64,000 bases of DNA. Origin: Chrysomallon squamiferum. Its lineage: Eukaryota; Animalia; Mollusca. Each line of letters begins with the position of its first letter. Within the stretch, counting starts at the first letter, position 1. Shown here in pieces: positions 41,691 through 57,635 of the stretch. The stretch spans positions 4,774,001-4,838,000 of the forward strand of contig CM022666.1 in the NCBI GenBank assembly GCA_012295275.1, given 5' to 3'. A program made the position numbers and the translations under genes. Below the pieces are notes generated by a model that worked only from the letters and a program-made list of their open reading frames with translations, had not been told where the DNA came from and searched no databases.

Positions 41691-41991
41691 TATCAATCGT
41701 AATATTAATAATAACGAGAATTACAACAATAAAAAACAAGTAATAAATGCACGTAGTTTATTTTTGAACACTATATAACCTTTATTTTTCTTCATTTTTT
41801 TTCTTACAATCTCATAACAGTAGAACGCGTAATTGGAAAAAATCCAGTTTGTAGGGACTTAATTTTCTGTTTCGGTAAGGAAAAGGAAGTAGAAGGCAAT
41901 ATGTATTTTTGCAAGATATGTCATTACTTTCAACTAGTCTTATTTTAATTGTTTGAAACCATATTGAGTTGTTTGTGTAGTATATGTGGCG

Positions 41992-42091
<100 letters not shown>

Positions 42092-42249
42092 GCTCGCTCT
42101 CTGCTTTATTTCCTTTACTACAGTTGTTTTATATATCATTACTGTTGTTGTGTCTACATTATTATAGTTAATTTTACCATTTTACACAATTATGATAATC
42201 AACATATCATCATCATTATTATTATTTCTACTACTATTACTACTACTAC

Positions 42250-42296
<47 letters not shown>

Positions 42297-42386
42297 GTTA
42301 ATGTTATAATAAATACCTGGATTAACTAAAACACAGATTATCGCTCCTAATCCAGCAGCCAAAGCGTTAGTACAGATGATGAAGAT

Positions 42387-42910
<524 letters not shown>

Positions 42911-44421
42911 AATGAGCTAATCTCTCTGTTTCCCTGTCTCTCTCTCTGTCTCTGTCTGTCTCTCTCTCGTTCTGTCTGTCTGTCTCTGTGTCTCTCTCTG
43001 TTTACTCAATCCAATCACCTGATATCACAAAGAAGCATTTCAGAATCGTAAATATTATTAATTTTATTATGACTATCATCATCATCATCATCATCATTAT
43101 TAATTTTATTATGACTATCATAATTATCATTAGCTTTATTACTACTATCATCTTCATCATTATTACTACTGCTATATTATTACTATATATTCATGATTAC
43201 TAATATTATTCTTTCTACTACTCCTACTATTTATATTAGTGCTGCGGCTGCTACTACTACTCATTTTTTAAATTTTTCATCATCATCATCATTATAATTA
43301 TTATTGTTTGCTGTTGTCATTCTTATTAAATAAAGACTACAGCGATACCTTTGGTCACCTGTTCATAATTTTTATTACTTGGATAGTTACTTTTAATGTA
43401 GTACAAATGTCTTGTTCTGCATTTATCATTTTCTTCTTTTTTTGTCTTTTCTTTTTTTAATATCAATTAAAATTAATAAGATTATTTTTCAACTCACTTT
43501 TCACTTATGCACCAGTCAGTGACATGATTTGATTTTGATTTTATGAAGCATAATTTGTATACTTTATAGACAGTAAGTTAAATATTGCTGGTATATAACC
43601 GTGTTCACATACTTACATGCAGTGTTTATAAATAGCTGTTTGGAAAGTCCCGGAAAAATGTACAGGTAACGTGACGTCACTGTGAAAAGTTTATCTAACG
43701 TGTGACCTCATTTCTCTGTCTGCTTCATTCACGCTACTACTGTTCAGGTGTCGGCAACGCTTGGTCAGCCACCAGTTATTATATTAACTTGACACGCCTC
43801 CAAAACACTGCATATCATTTAGATCACAGGTACTTGACGTAGTCTAGTTTGTGTCTGTGTGTCTGTGTGTGTGTGTGTGTATGTGTGTGTGTGCGCGCGC
43901 TAATAGTATGTGACTTATTTGTATTGTTTTTTTGTTTTTTTATTGTTGTTTTTTTAGCTTTTTTCCACCTGAACTCTGAATGACAACAGCAATGTTAATA
44001 ATAATAACAAGAACTACAACAGTGACAACCAGCAATAAATGCATGTAGTTTATTTATGAACATTATGCAACTTTTAAGTATTAATTTTGTATTCAGTTTT
44101 GATTCTAAGCATGTCATCCTCTCGATAATATTTTATTTTCTCATAGACAATCAAAATGTGATTTGAAGGACAACGCGTCATCGGAAATAAAACAACAGTT
44201 TATGAGAAACTTAATTTTCTGTTTGTTTTCAATACAATATTATCATCTTCTAAAGTGCATCTGTCACTAACACATAATATAAAAATCATTTCGTTAATGA
44301 AAAGGAAGTATAAGGCACTATATATTTCTGAAAGATATGTCATTATTTTCCACTAGTCTTATTTTAATTGTTTGAAAAAGTATTCTGTTGTTTGTGTAGT
44401 ATCTGTTGTTAGCTTTTCTGT

Positions 44422-44456
<35 letters not shown>

Positions 44457-44700
44457 GTTTTATTTATTATTTTACTTTATTTTTTGAAATAATGTTATTT
44501 ATGCGTGTGTCTTTATCTTGGTATTAATAACATTTTAATCTTGTTTGAGACCGACTAAATCTATAGGAAAATACAGGGTGAGAATACTTTTAGATGAATA
44601 CCTTCTTTTTTAATTATTCACATTCACTACATTTGATACATAGATTATTTCGATATTTGTCATATTTGCGTACTTTATACGATAAGCGATATCGATACTA

Positions 44701-45358
44701 CAATAATATCTCACATTAAAGATGTATTTGGTTCCAAATTTCCAATAGTGAAGTGAGGTATCGTTAAGCAGGAGACTAATTTACATAGAATTAAGGTTAA
44801 AAGAAGTGGTTATTTTCTCGCTGATGAAATTTGACATACAAATTGGTGAAATAAGGAAAAAATAAAACGGCACGGGACATAAATGATTTAATAGATTATA
44901 GATATTAAGTAAACAGTAAATCATTTACAAATCAGTTTATTCAAATACATTAAGAAATAATTATATGCCGCTCATTGTGGGTTCATTTTTGTGCGTTTGG
45001 TTTCATTTAAGATAATGTATTTTGTTTCTAAAGTTATTGTCTTCCGTTTCTTTTTATCATCAGCATTCGCCGCTATACTGTTTTTCGTTTTGACATATTG
45101 GAAGGGTAAATTACAAATGAGTTTAAGTCTAAATCGAAGCAGAAGAGAAAAGAGAATCACAATATCAGATGCACGTATGACGTGTCAACTGATCAACACA
45201 GCTGAGAGAAACTCGTGAATAAACGAAAAACGAACAAAACATGCAGTGTATACATTTGTATCATTTATTTCGAGCAATTAACTATCAAATTTCTATTGAT
45301 ATAATTTGTAAAGAAGAAAGATCGTTAAAGCGGGATATCATTAAGCGAGATGTTACTG
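44701..45358 (-). mobile_element. Decayed Tigger-like non-autonomous element
   Basis: Imperfect TIRs TA|caataatatctcac... / ...aagcgagatgttactg|TA. The minus strand reads KKKRKTITLETKYIIL, typical of a CENP-B/Tigger N-terminus. A related remnant lies at ~11190-11360. Confidence 0.65.
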
Positions 45359-47281
45359 TATTTATACAATAATAATCGCTTTCCAAACAATCTGGAACAG
45401 TTCATTCTAATGACTGAGGTAAAAACATGCATTTAGCCTTTCGACCAACTGGGAATTCTGCCAGATGGGACTAAGCCGTATTTTCTATCGCTATCATTAT
45501 ACTTACCTGACAAGGCGAGATTTATATAAATATATATAACGTATGAAATAAGTGAAATTATAATTTTATATAACGTATGAAATAAGTAAAATATTTACAT
45601 ACTGACTTGTGAGAGAAAAAATAATCAGTGTGCGTCATTGATTTTTATACAGAGTCTTTGAACAGAAAGTTTCATATTCTTATGATGACATCTGCTTTGT
45701 TTGAATTTCTTTTTTTGTTTCTTTCTGTTATATTTATTTATTTGCTGTGGGTTTCGTAGTTAATGTGTAGTCATTTAACATACTATGAAGAAAATGAGCC
45801 AAGTTATCATATTTATATTTTTTGTGTTTTTTAATAGTAGTAGTAGTAGTTGTTGTTGTTATTATTATTACGATTGCTTTTGTCATTATTGTTAAATAAA
45901 GGGTATTGCTGACTTCTATTCCTGTGTTAGGTAAGCGACACAAAATAACAACAGAATGAAATGATATAGTCTGAGTATCACGTGGTAGAATTTTACAGCC
46001 AGGATTTGTCATCTTACACATAATCGGAATAAATTAATGTAGTCATCCTGGAACAATTCCTGGTAACGGTCGCTGTACACTGAACACACTGTGTAACTAG
46101 ATATGTAGATGTTTGCTCTTCTGTATTAATCCTTACGTGATTGTTGTGACCGATTACAGTCATTCTATTCATCTATATTATTCTTTATTGCTACATTGAT
46201 TGTTCAGACTTCTCATGTTCGCCAATTTTGACAAAATGTAACGCTCTGAATTCTTATGACCATACATCAAAGAATGTACCTCACCATTCTTGTTGAAATG
46301 GGTATTATTAAAAAAACACTTTGACAAGGATTCGTAAAATAGTACTGGTAATTAAACATGAGTTTTATGGGTTTTATGCATGTACGCTTTCACACACACA
46401 AATACATATTAACATGAAATAACTGAATATTTCAGGATTTACATGTAAAGACTGGTTTCACAAATTGACCAGAAATATATATAGAAATATGTGATGCGTA
46501 TATTATGTAAGAATATTGTTAGGATTTGTAAATAGTGTTGCATTTTCTTATAGTTTTATTTTTTTAGATGAAGTTTGACGTGTTTCCTCACTGAATACAG
46601 AACACAATGGATTTTTGTTGCCACAGTTTTTTCTTATTAGATTATTCATGTGTTCATACTTTTGTTTAATAAATATTACTTGTAAGGGGATTTCTTTGAC
46701 GTTTGTCAAGTTTTGAATCCTGCTGTTGTTGTTGTTGATATTATTATTATTAATAATTTATTTGTTTATTTATTGGTATTGTTGTTGTTGTTGTTGCTAT
46801 TTATTCAATTAATTAATGTATTTATTTTATTTATATGGAGATTATATTTATTTCATATTTATTATATACACAGATAATATTTTTTCAATTAATTTTGTTA
46901 AATAATGTTTACTGTACTCGGTAACACACACATTCTTTGGACAGTTGCCAGTATATCAAATAACAACGTATTTAAACCATGATGTTGGCTTATTTTTGTC
47001 ACGTTAACGATTTCCGAGAATTAATAATCAATACTCTCTTTCTCCGGGAACTGGACTTTCCATCAAAGCTATGAATAGATGTGATTTCAGAAAAGTATTG
47101 TTATAAATAAATAAATTTGTTGTTGTTGTTGTTGTTGTAGTTTCTGTTGTCGAAAATTCAAATGAATATCGATACTTTTTTAATGAAATGCTCGGTTGAT
47201 TCATTAACAAAGCAGTAACTAGGTCAGGAACGCCATTTGCAACACAAAGCACTATTCACAAAATGTGTGTGTGTGTGTGTC

Positions 47282-47355
<74 letters not shown>

Positions 47356-48498
47356 GGTTCATAATAAGACTAGGAAGGTTCAGAACTAATGCGACTGGTA
47401 ATTAGACGTGACGCGCTGATGTGGGCAGTGAATAACTAAACCGTACGAAGATTTAAACAAAAACATAAAACAGATCGACAAAATGAAAAATAATATAAAG
47501 GGATACAGCATTTTAAACTTAAACAGTGTCACTGTTATTCTGTTTAAGATTTGTATTTATAAATATATAAATGTGTATATATATATATATGTATATATAT
47601 ATATCATATTTATCTTATTTATTTATTATATTTACTTTAACTTATATCTTTTTTATAATACAAATGCATGTACCGGATTATATATATATATATACACACA
47701 CACATACATACATATATGTCTACTTTGTTTGAATCTATTTTTATTTTATTTTTATTTTGTTATATTTATTTATTTGCTCTAGGTTTCGTAGTTAAAGCAT
47801 AGTCATTTAACATACTATGAATAAAATGAGCAAAGTTAATTTTTGTGTTTTGTTCATAAATAAACTGCATATTATAGTTGTTAATAGTAGTAGCAGTAGT
47901 TGCTGTTGTTGTTGTAGTTGTTGTTTTTGTTGTTGTTGCTACGATTGTTTTTGTTAAATATAGAGTACCGCGTAATTTCTAGTCCTGTGTCAACTGAGCC
48001 ATAAACAACAAAAGGAAAACATGTAGTCTGTGTATCACACAGTGGAAAGTTCCAGCTCAAATTTGTCATCTTACACGTAATCAGAATAAATAAGTGTAGT
48101 GATCCATCTATTATTACACAGCCAGGAATATATTATTGTTGTTTTATTTTTTCTTGCTACGATTGTTTATATTCAATATATAGTACCGCGTAATTTCTAT
48201 TCCTGTGACAACTAAGCCATAAACAACAAAAGGAAAACATGTAGTCTGTGTATCACACAGTGGAAAGTTCCAACCCGGATTTCTTACTTCACACGTAATC
48301 AGAATAAATAACTTTAGTCATCCATTTATTATCACACAGCCAGGGATATAAAATTGTTGTTGTTGTTGTTGCTATTTATTCAGTTAATTAATGTATGTAT
48401 TTTATTTATATGGAGATTATATTTATTTAATATTTATTATATACACAGATAATATTTTTTTCAATTAATTTTGTTAAATAATGTTTACTGTATCTCAG

Positions 48499-48555
<57 letters not shown>

Positions 48556-48942
48556 TCTTTGGACAGTTGCCAGTGTTTCAAATAACAACATATTCAAATT
48601 ATGCTGTTGGTTTGTGTCACGTTAACGATTTCCGAGAATTAATAATAAATACTCTCTTTCTCCGGGAACAGGACTTTCCACCTAAGCTATAAACAGATGT
48701 GAGTCACTAGTTGAAATTTTATGGGAATCTTATTACTAGTAAACAGATTCAGAAAAGTATTGTTATAAAATAATAAATTTGTTGTTGTTGTTGTTGTTTG
48801 TGTTGTAGTTACTGTTGTTGAAAATTCAAATGAATATCGATACTTTTTTTTATATTTTTTAATGAAATGCTCGGTTGATTCATTAACAAAGCAGTAACTA
48901 GGTCAGGAACGCCATTTGCAACACAAAGCACTATTCACAAAA

Positions 48943-49016
<74 letters not shown>

Positions 49017-49324
49017 TCTTGAGATTAAGGTTTCCGAGAAGAAACAACATTTTTCAAGAACCGAGCTTTTCCGTTACATGTAATCGTTAAATATAATATT
49101 CATAAATAAACAGACGTGAACTTATTACTTCTGTTGTACTGGTTGTTATTGTTGTAGTTCTTCTGATTATTCTGATTATTAATATTACGATTGCTGTTGC
49201 AGCGTCATACTGATCACGTTTTCAGTAACTGATTCTAATCGATATATAACAATACTATCACGTGCCGGGATTTCCAGTAAGCAATCAGTATGTCAAGGTC
49301 GGTGTATATATAGAGAAGGAACTA

Positions 49325-50789
49325 TACTGTCCCAAAAAAAGAAACACAAAATAGTTGATTTCTTAGGTAACTACTGTAAACTGACACATATCGATGTAAA
49401 TAATGTATGAATAGAATGACACTTGGTGATTCAAACGTATAGCTTTTGTTACAGTCGCCAAAAAGCAGGTAACACAAAATAAAGGCTATGATCGTGTTTA
49501 TTAGCCAAAACGTCCCCGCATGCAAACCACGTTACCAGTGCATGTGCACGTGCGGCATATGAAACTCGAATACTAGGGTTATAGAAATGCAAGGTTTTCG
49601 AATACTTCTGTTCCTTATTTTTGTTCTGACCCAACATCAAACAAATGGCACGACTGAGTGAACCACAACGAAACAACGCCATCGGCCGTTTACAAGCTGG
49701 CGAATCCTTCTCGGCCGTAGCCCGGGTGTTCCATGTATCCCCAAGCACCATCTTGAGATTGTGGTATCGGTTGCAGCAACACCAAACAACACGTGACCGT
49801 CCCAGATCAGGTAGACCACGTGTAACCACCAGGACCCAGGACCGCTATATACGGGTACTTCATCTACGGGAAAGAACCACCAGGTCTGCGTAGAATATCG
49901 GCTAGACAGTGCGCAATCGTTTAAGCGAGGTAGGTATTCGAGCAAGACGGCCTGTAAGAAGGGCGGTTTTGACTCGACAACATCGTCGACTACGACGTCA
50001 GTGGTGTCAAGTGCACAGAGTCTGGCCTTAATTACGATGGAGAACTGTCTGGTTTAGTGAAGAGGCTCGATTTCTGCTTCGTCGAGCTGATGGAAGATGT
50101 CGAGTTTACAGACGTCGTGGTGAACGTTTTTCTGCAAACTGCATACAGGAAGCGGACAGATTTGGCGGTGGTAGTGTGATGGTGTGGGCAGCAATCTCAT
50201 ACACTGGCAGGACCAACCTGGTTCACACCCAAGGCAACTTAACGGCACAGAGATAGCGAGATGAAATTTTGCAGCCACATTTCGTTCCAATTATGAATAA
50301 TGGTAACGCTGTATTCCAGCACGACAATGCGAGACCACATACAGCCAGACTCACAACAGCGTACCTACACAACAATAACATTCAGGTCCTGCCCTGGCCC
50401 TCTAAATCTCCGGATTTGAACCCTGTAGAGCATTTATGGGACGAGTTGGATAGACGACTGAGGCAGCATCAACCACAGCCACAGAATCGTGTTCAGTTGG
50501 CATTATTACTACAGACAGAGTGGGCCACCATTCCACAAGGTGTAATTCGTAATGTCATTACTGCAATGGGAAGGAGATGTCAGGCAGTTCTGGACTTCCA
50601 TGGTGGGCACAAAAGATACTGATATTATACTGTTATAACCTTGAACTTTAACCTTTTCAATTTAATACCATCAATATTAATGAAAAGTGTGTGTAAAATG
50701 TGAACATTCTGCTCCTTTCTGTTGATCCAGTAGACAGATCTTCCCAAAGTCAGTAAGATCTACTTTTGCATTTCTTTTTTGTTAGAGTA
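49325..50789 (+). mobile_element. Tc1/mariner (DD34E type) transposon, decayed
   Basis: Imperfect TIRs tactgtcccaaaaaaagaaacacaaaa / ttttgcatttctttttt...agagta, flanked by TA. An empty-site paralogue lies on the minus strand at ~23235-23275. Confidence 0.9.
49645..50622 (+). pseudogene. Tc1 transposase pseudogene
   Basis: Contains the HTH and the motifs RSGRPRVTT, WFSEE (normally SDE), GGGSVMVWAAI, FQHDNARPH and WPSKSPDLNPVEHLW. It is interrupted by several stops and a deletion near 49890. Confidence 0.92.
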
Positions 50790-52682
50790 TATCATCTGAT
50801 GTAAATTTAGCTTTCATGGATCCATGCGTATAGGTTAGGTCACGAACATTTTTGCAAACTACGTTACCAGTGCATCTGCACGTGCGCAGCATGAAACTTG
50901 AATACTAGGGTTATAAAAATGCTAGGTTTTCGAATACTTCTGTTCCTTATTTTTGTTCTCACCCAACTTCAAACAAATGTCACGACTGAGTGAATCCATG
51001 CGCATACGTATTAACAAGGGGTTAGGTCACGAAAAAATTGTGTCCTATTTTTGTGGTACTACAGTGTTTTTATGCTGTGTACTGGTAAAAAAATGTTAAA
51101 ATATAAGGTTATTCAACTTACTGGGTAAAAAGAATTAAGCTGGGTAAACGTGCATTGTGGAACATCTACGAACGTGCATACTATTATGTCAGTTTAATTA
51201 ATCTTTGCAGTCAATTCTTGCATGACACTAATCAGAGCAGAGGTGAGCTGGAAAAATAACAACAAACACAAACAACACCAAAACAAAAAACACCAAAACA
51301 AAAAACACCAAAATAAAAAAAAAATAAAAAAAAACAATAACAAATAAAAATAACAATACAAGCAAATCACAAGGAAAACATAACAACTGACTATTAACCA
51401 GGTAGTTTGTTATTTTTCATTCAATCACTCTTCAGTAGTCTAATCCTAAGTAAATTACAAAAAATGTAATCCAGAACATCTACATTATCTAATTTCAAAT
51501 GTCCTAATACACTCCAGCTATTCACTGTAGTGTGTATCTACACAAGATCCACGGAGGCGCACAGTCATGAAAAATAGATTATTCCCTGACCGAAAAATAC
51601 TGTTTATTTGTATTCATTTGTTTTTAAAATTGTATAGTTGATCGTCGTGTTTACCTGGACTAGAGTTAACAGGTGTCTGGTATTTCAAGCAGGTAGTGAA
51701 ATGAGATATCGCTGCAAACCACACGTTACGTGTTCATTCACAGCCAGCGAGGTCACTGTAGCTTTGACTCAGAGTGAACACGTTGACATTGCATTTTCTA
51801 ACAACTGCGTCGCTTAGATAAACAGCTGTTTATAAACACTGCTCGAGTAGACCTACTTTTAAAGATAAAGAGTGCACTGGTGAGTTTTAAAGCTTTTCCA
51901 TTGAGCTACCTTTGTTATTGTCCGGCTTTTCAGACAGCAAATAAAACAGTCAAGGACGACTGCTTAACTATTAAAACGTAAACATGATAGATGTGTGTGA
52001 ATGTGCACGTATGTAGGTGTATCTATATAAGTATGTGATATGTGCATGGTTATATAACAGCAACATTTAACATACTCTGTATAAAGTTAAAAAAAAAAAA
52101 TTCTTCATAATATAAAAATTAAATCATGTCACTGACTGGTGTAGAAGTAAACAGTAAGTTGAAAAATGCTCTAATTAATTTTAATTCTTATTACAAAAAC
52201 AAAAAAAGATTGGAAGAAAAAAAAAAAAGAACAAGAAAATTACAAATGCAGAACAAGACATTTGTAATACTTTTAAAGTAACTATTCAAGTAATACAAAA
52301 TAATGAACAGGTGACAAGAGGTATCTCTGTAGTCTTTATTTAACGACAATAACAGAAGCAATAAATAATTCTAATGAATATAGTGATGATGATAAATTTA
52401 ATAATAGTAGTAGCAGCAGCACTAATATAAATAGTAGTATTAAGTATAATTCTAATGATGATGATTATATAGTAATAGTAGTGGCAGTAGTAATAGTGAT
52501 GATGATAATAAAATTAATAATCATAATATTATGATTCTATAATGCTTCTAAAAAACAAGAGAATGCTTTAAATAGATTGTTTATTATGCAAGCTGATACA
52601 TGAAATTTTAACTGCAACATTATATATATATATATATATATATATATAACATCCTTTTTAAAAGGAACATCCATTCCATTTA

Positions 52683-53082
52683 CCGTATATACTTGTGTAT
52701 AAGTCGAATTTTTGGGAGACTATATTAAGGTAATTTTTGGGGGGTCGACTTATACATAGGTAATGCTTTTGTAGCTTTGTAGCTGTTGCTGAAGAGTCGC
52801 CATTTTGGAAACCGTCAGTACGGCGTTATGCCTTACGGCGTCTTGCAATGATTTAGGCTATAGCTCATGTAATACATGCATTTACGGTATGTTCGTGCAA
52901 GTTATGTTACAGTAGGCGTACAATGTAGGCCTTCATGGCACTGTAACTGGTCTAAAAATAGTGTAGGTGCCTGGAATCTACAGTCGACTTATAAACAAGT
53001 AATACCTAAAATGACGCAATTTTTGGTCTTAAAATACACATCGACTTATACATAAGGTCGCCTTGTACACAAGTATATACGG
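52683..53082. mobile_element. ~400-bp MITE with pogo/Tc2-type ends
   Basis: TIRs TA|CCGTATATACTTGTGTATAAGTCGA ... TCGCCTTGTACACAAGTATATACGG|TA, with internal TCGACTTATA repeats. Absent from paralogous modules. Confidence 0.85.
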
Positions 53083-53749
53083 TATATACAAAATCACTGA
53101 ATACAGCACACATTCATTTTACGTAGAACATTCCTAGAACACATTCACTGTACAAAGAAAAGCCACTATGCATGGAGTATTCATTATCATTGAACACATA
53201 AAATTAATTATCTTTACAACATCCATAGATGTACATGTACAAAATATCAGCTATACAAAAACATCTAGAAAAGAACATCCATTGTGTACAGAACATCCAC
53301 CATACAAGAACAGTCACTGTTCACTGAACATCTACTGTACTTGAGAATCAATGTACAGTGTATACAAAACATCTGTACAAGATCATCATTTTACACAAGA
53401 CATAGACTGTAGAACATCTACTGTATGCAGAACATCCAGTGTATGCAGAACATCCACTGTATTCAGAACATCTACTGCAGAAGAAAACATATTGCACATA
53501 GAATATCAACTGTACTAGAGCATCCATTGCACAAAGAATATCCAGTGTTGAAGAACATCCATTGTACACAGAACATCTATTGTATAAGAATATCCATTGC
53601 ACAATGTAAGTAAAACCTAAATTAATAGTAAATAAAACCTGAAGCAGAGTCCATCTTTTTGTGAATGATGACGATTTGCAATGATTATTTTATTAATTAA
53701 ATTCCCTGATGATGATGTAGACAATAAAATTCAGATGGAGGCTGACAGT

Positions 53750-53949
53750 NNNNNNNNNNNNNNNNNNNNNNNNNNNNNNNNNNNNNNNNNNNNNNNNNNN
53801 NNNNNNNNNNNNNNNNNNNNNNNNNNNNNNNNNNNNNNNNNNNNNNNNNNNNNNNNNNNNNNNNNNNNNNNNNNNNNNNNNNNNNNNNNNNNNNNNNNNN
53901 NNNNNNNNNNNNNNNNNNNNNNNNNNNNNNNNNNNNNNNNNNNNNNNNN
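53750..53949. other. Assembly gap (200 N)
   Basis: Run of N. Confidence 1.
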
Positions 53950-54231
53950 TACAGTAATTATGACTAACAGTACAGTAATAATGACTAATAGTACAGTAAT
54001 AATGACTAATAGTACAGCAGTACTGATTGAATGAGGCTTCCTGCGCTTCGTTGTTAATTACTCTTATTCAGTTCATGTATCGCCAGCAATTATGTAATCA
54101 TTTCAAATCATATTCCAATAGCATAACTAATTATTAATGGAACAAATATAAAAATATATGTAAAAAGGTTAGATATACCAACATTACAATTCACAAAAAA
54201 CCACAAATTATTATTATTATTATTATTATTA

Positions 54232-54262
<31 letters not shown>

Positions 54263-54426
54263 ACCCCCACTGAAGACTTTAAAGAAAGATCCAAGTATAT
54301 CTAATATTAATGTTTCACGATAAAGTTAAACTAAAAGAATCGTTTTATATATACAAGTCCATAGATACAGTGGGCGTACAGAAAATTATATATGAAGAGT
54401 TATAATTCATGCCTCTCGAAACAGTT

Positions 54427-55140
54427 TTACAGCATATACAGGCCAAAGTAGGTTGTCTTAGGATCTCTCAAAATTCTGTTCACAACTGATGTTCTCACCA
54501 CTACAGTGTCATTGGCTTTCAGGTAGTAAACAGCTCCAATGTAGGAAGGAACAAAAGCTTCCTGATATCTTCGTACTTTGCATGTTGTTTGGGGATTTCT
54601 GTAGAGGACTTCATAATTTGGATATTTTTCAATTGAGTGACACAGCCTAGCGTATTCCAGCTCTCTGACTTGGTTGGCATGGAATAAAACGTTGCTGTAT
54701 ATGAAGTAGTAAGCAGCGTGTTTGACTTGAATCCCGTCAGCGACAACAGCTGCAGCTCCTTTCACAAACGATCTTTTACCAGACGACGTCCATTTGATGA
54801 GAGGCTTCGAAATGTCTGAAAAGTTTGTAAGAAGAAATTATTTTTAAATATTATTTTTATTTTAAATCGTCAACAGTGGTAGTTAGTATTACTAATGTAT
54901 TTCTATAACTACTACAAACTCCTGCTATTGACTACTTTAGTATCATCATTGATATTTTTACTACTAACATGCTAATACTATTGTTATCAAAGATTCTTCT
55001 ATTATTTCCTAACCACTAATAATAACTATGTGATTACTACTACAACTACTTTTACCAGACCAACTACTACTATTACTTCTATTTTACTACTACCACATTT
55101 ATTATCAAATCATCTATTTTAACACAGTACAATTACTCTG

Positions 55141-55174
<34 letters not shown>

Positions 55175-55533
55175 TGCTCTACTACTACTATTACGAGTAA
55201 TCTACTACTACCACTACTTCTACTACTACTGCTGCTAACACCGCCTCTAATATTTGTTTTCTTACTTTTGTCATATGTTGCTGTGACATCCATTTGTAGA
55301 TGAGCCGATGTCTTGACATTGCTTTTATTATTCAGACTGTAAGCGACCTCTCTGATCTGTTTAAGATTCTGTTCTGAAATATATATATATATACACAGAC
55401 ACATGTAGACTACAGATACCTGTATAAATATATAGATACATCGATACATACACAGATTCGTACACATTGTTTTTATTATCTAAATTCAAAAGATCAGCGA
55501 CATCTCTGAGCTGCTTTAGTTTTGGTTCTAAAA

Positions 55534-55567
<34 letters not shown>

Positions 55568-56342
55568 AATATACATTTGTACATGTTTACATACTTAGAC
55601 TATACACAAATATGCACGAACATACAAATACATAATTATATAAACTTTTGTGGATATTTAAATATGAGTGCCTGAATGTTTCTGTTTGTGTGTAGATCCT
55701 TTTCTGTGTATCTGGCTGTGTTTGTGTATGTATGTGTTTATAATTTTCTTGTGTGTATCTGTGTTTCTGCGACTTTGTGTTTTTATGTATGTCTGAGAGT
55801 GTATGTGTCTGTGTTAACTTACCACTTTTCTCAGCTTTTGTGTGACTTTCGCTCAGTTTCTACAAAGAATAACCAACTTGAAACTAAATAAATATTTTTC
55901 TGCACTATTAATTTCTCCTTTTCATAATTCAAATATTATTTCATTTATAAAGAATTTAACTTTTTATTATTTTTATAGAGAATTACCTTGTTTCTTAATT
56001 TCATATCTACAGAAAACAATATTTTTTTCCATTTAGTGTATTTATGGAATATAAGTTTTTAGAACTAAATACAGAATTTACCTTTTTCATAATTTCACTC
56101 ATCACTTTTTCTCCATCTCTGTAACAGCAATACGTGATATTGTTCCTGGTTCTGGTCGTAGATTTGTCATCACAACAGTTTTCTCTTGGTTTGCACGAGA
56201 TTTTCACACACAGTTCCTTGTCAAACAACAAGCTGGTTTCACTGTTCAGAAATTCGTTTAATGTTCCAGATGCAATGAAACTGATGAGTATGAAGTTTAG
56301 TACCATAAGAGAAATGGCAAGGACTGGATGAACTGGTACCAT
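54427..56342 (-). CDS. TNF-superfamily ligand, copy E, 264 aa, apparently intact
   Basis: Exons 56342-56082, 55859-55823, 55373-55266 and 54815-54427 (261/37/108/389 nt), GT-AG, THD motifs intact. Confidence 0.9.
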
Positions 56343-57635
56343 TTTGTGTAACAACTTTTATTTCCTTTAGAAGTAATCTGTAAAACATAACCCAAAGAAA
56401 ACAAAAAGTTATTAGTAATAAATAATACCAAGATAAATACACACACCCGCACACGTACACAGACACAATATACACACACTTATATAACACATTATTTCAG
56501 CAATCCAAAAATATACACTTGTACATACACAAATATGAAACTTAAAAAATTCACATACAATATACACACGTACATATAGTTCTGTATAATATTCTTTCAA
56601 AGAAAAAAGTTAAATAAATAATATCAAGATATATTTACATTGATAATATTCATAGGCGATGTCAAAAAAAAATAAAAAATAAAAAAAATAGCAAAGGTTT
56701 CTCTTTTGAAAATGCGAGGCCTGATTTATCAATTTTCAGTGAATGCTTTGTAAGCCACTGTGTACAAATACTCACCACTGAAATCCAATATGACAGCACA
56801 GCGATGTGTACTGGAGCAGATAATCCTCCTGATAAAGACCTTGGTATCTGATGTCACAAAATTTGTTTCCAATTGTTGAGGAGTGTAAGGAGTAGAGTTT
56901 TTCGTACGAAGTTATTTATATCACTGGAAAGAGGTAGGATTTTAAAGAAATAATTAAAAATATATATATTGTTTTTTCTCTTAAAACAAATGTATAGGCA
57001 AAACTTTGATTGTAGATTGTCAATCAAAGATGTAACTTTACAAGAATGAAGACAATGTAACAAAATGAAAGTAAGTGAAAAACAGTTTGAGTTAGCAAAG
57101 CGCGCAACAAATACTCAATACCGTGAAGTGCAATAAATATCCAATCAAGACGCAGTATTTTGATCACGTGACTAATGAAGGCGATAATGGCTCGTTTCCA
57201 GTATCCTACAGCCAAAACATCTTATTTTTCTAAGAAGTTAGAAAACAGTTCGGGCTCGATAGATTTTGATGGTTTAATTAAATCACTAAAATGTGTTTTT
57301 GTTGTGAAAAATTAAAAAACAAACAACAACACTCGGTGAACTCGGGTAGGGCTTAATAGCGGAAAGTTCTACGTTCAGCGGACAAATTTGACAAGCCAGA
57401 CCGTATCGACCTTACGGGGATTTTTTTTTTTTTTTTTTTTTTCAAATTAAGATAATATCACTTAATATTATACAAATGAAATTAGGGCGTGGAAAAATCC
57501 TAAACAGCAAAATGAACTGGTACATTAAGGTGCACATTTTCGGTGTAATATCACTTAATATTACAAGTCGGTGTAATATCACTTAATATTATACTATACA
57601 CATGAAATTAGGGCGTGCATAAATCCTAAACAGCA

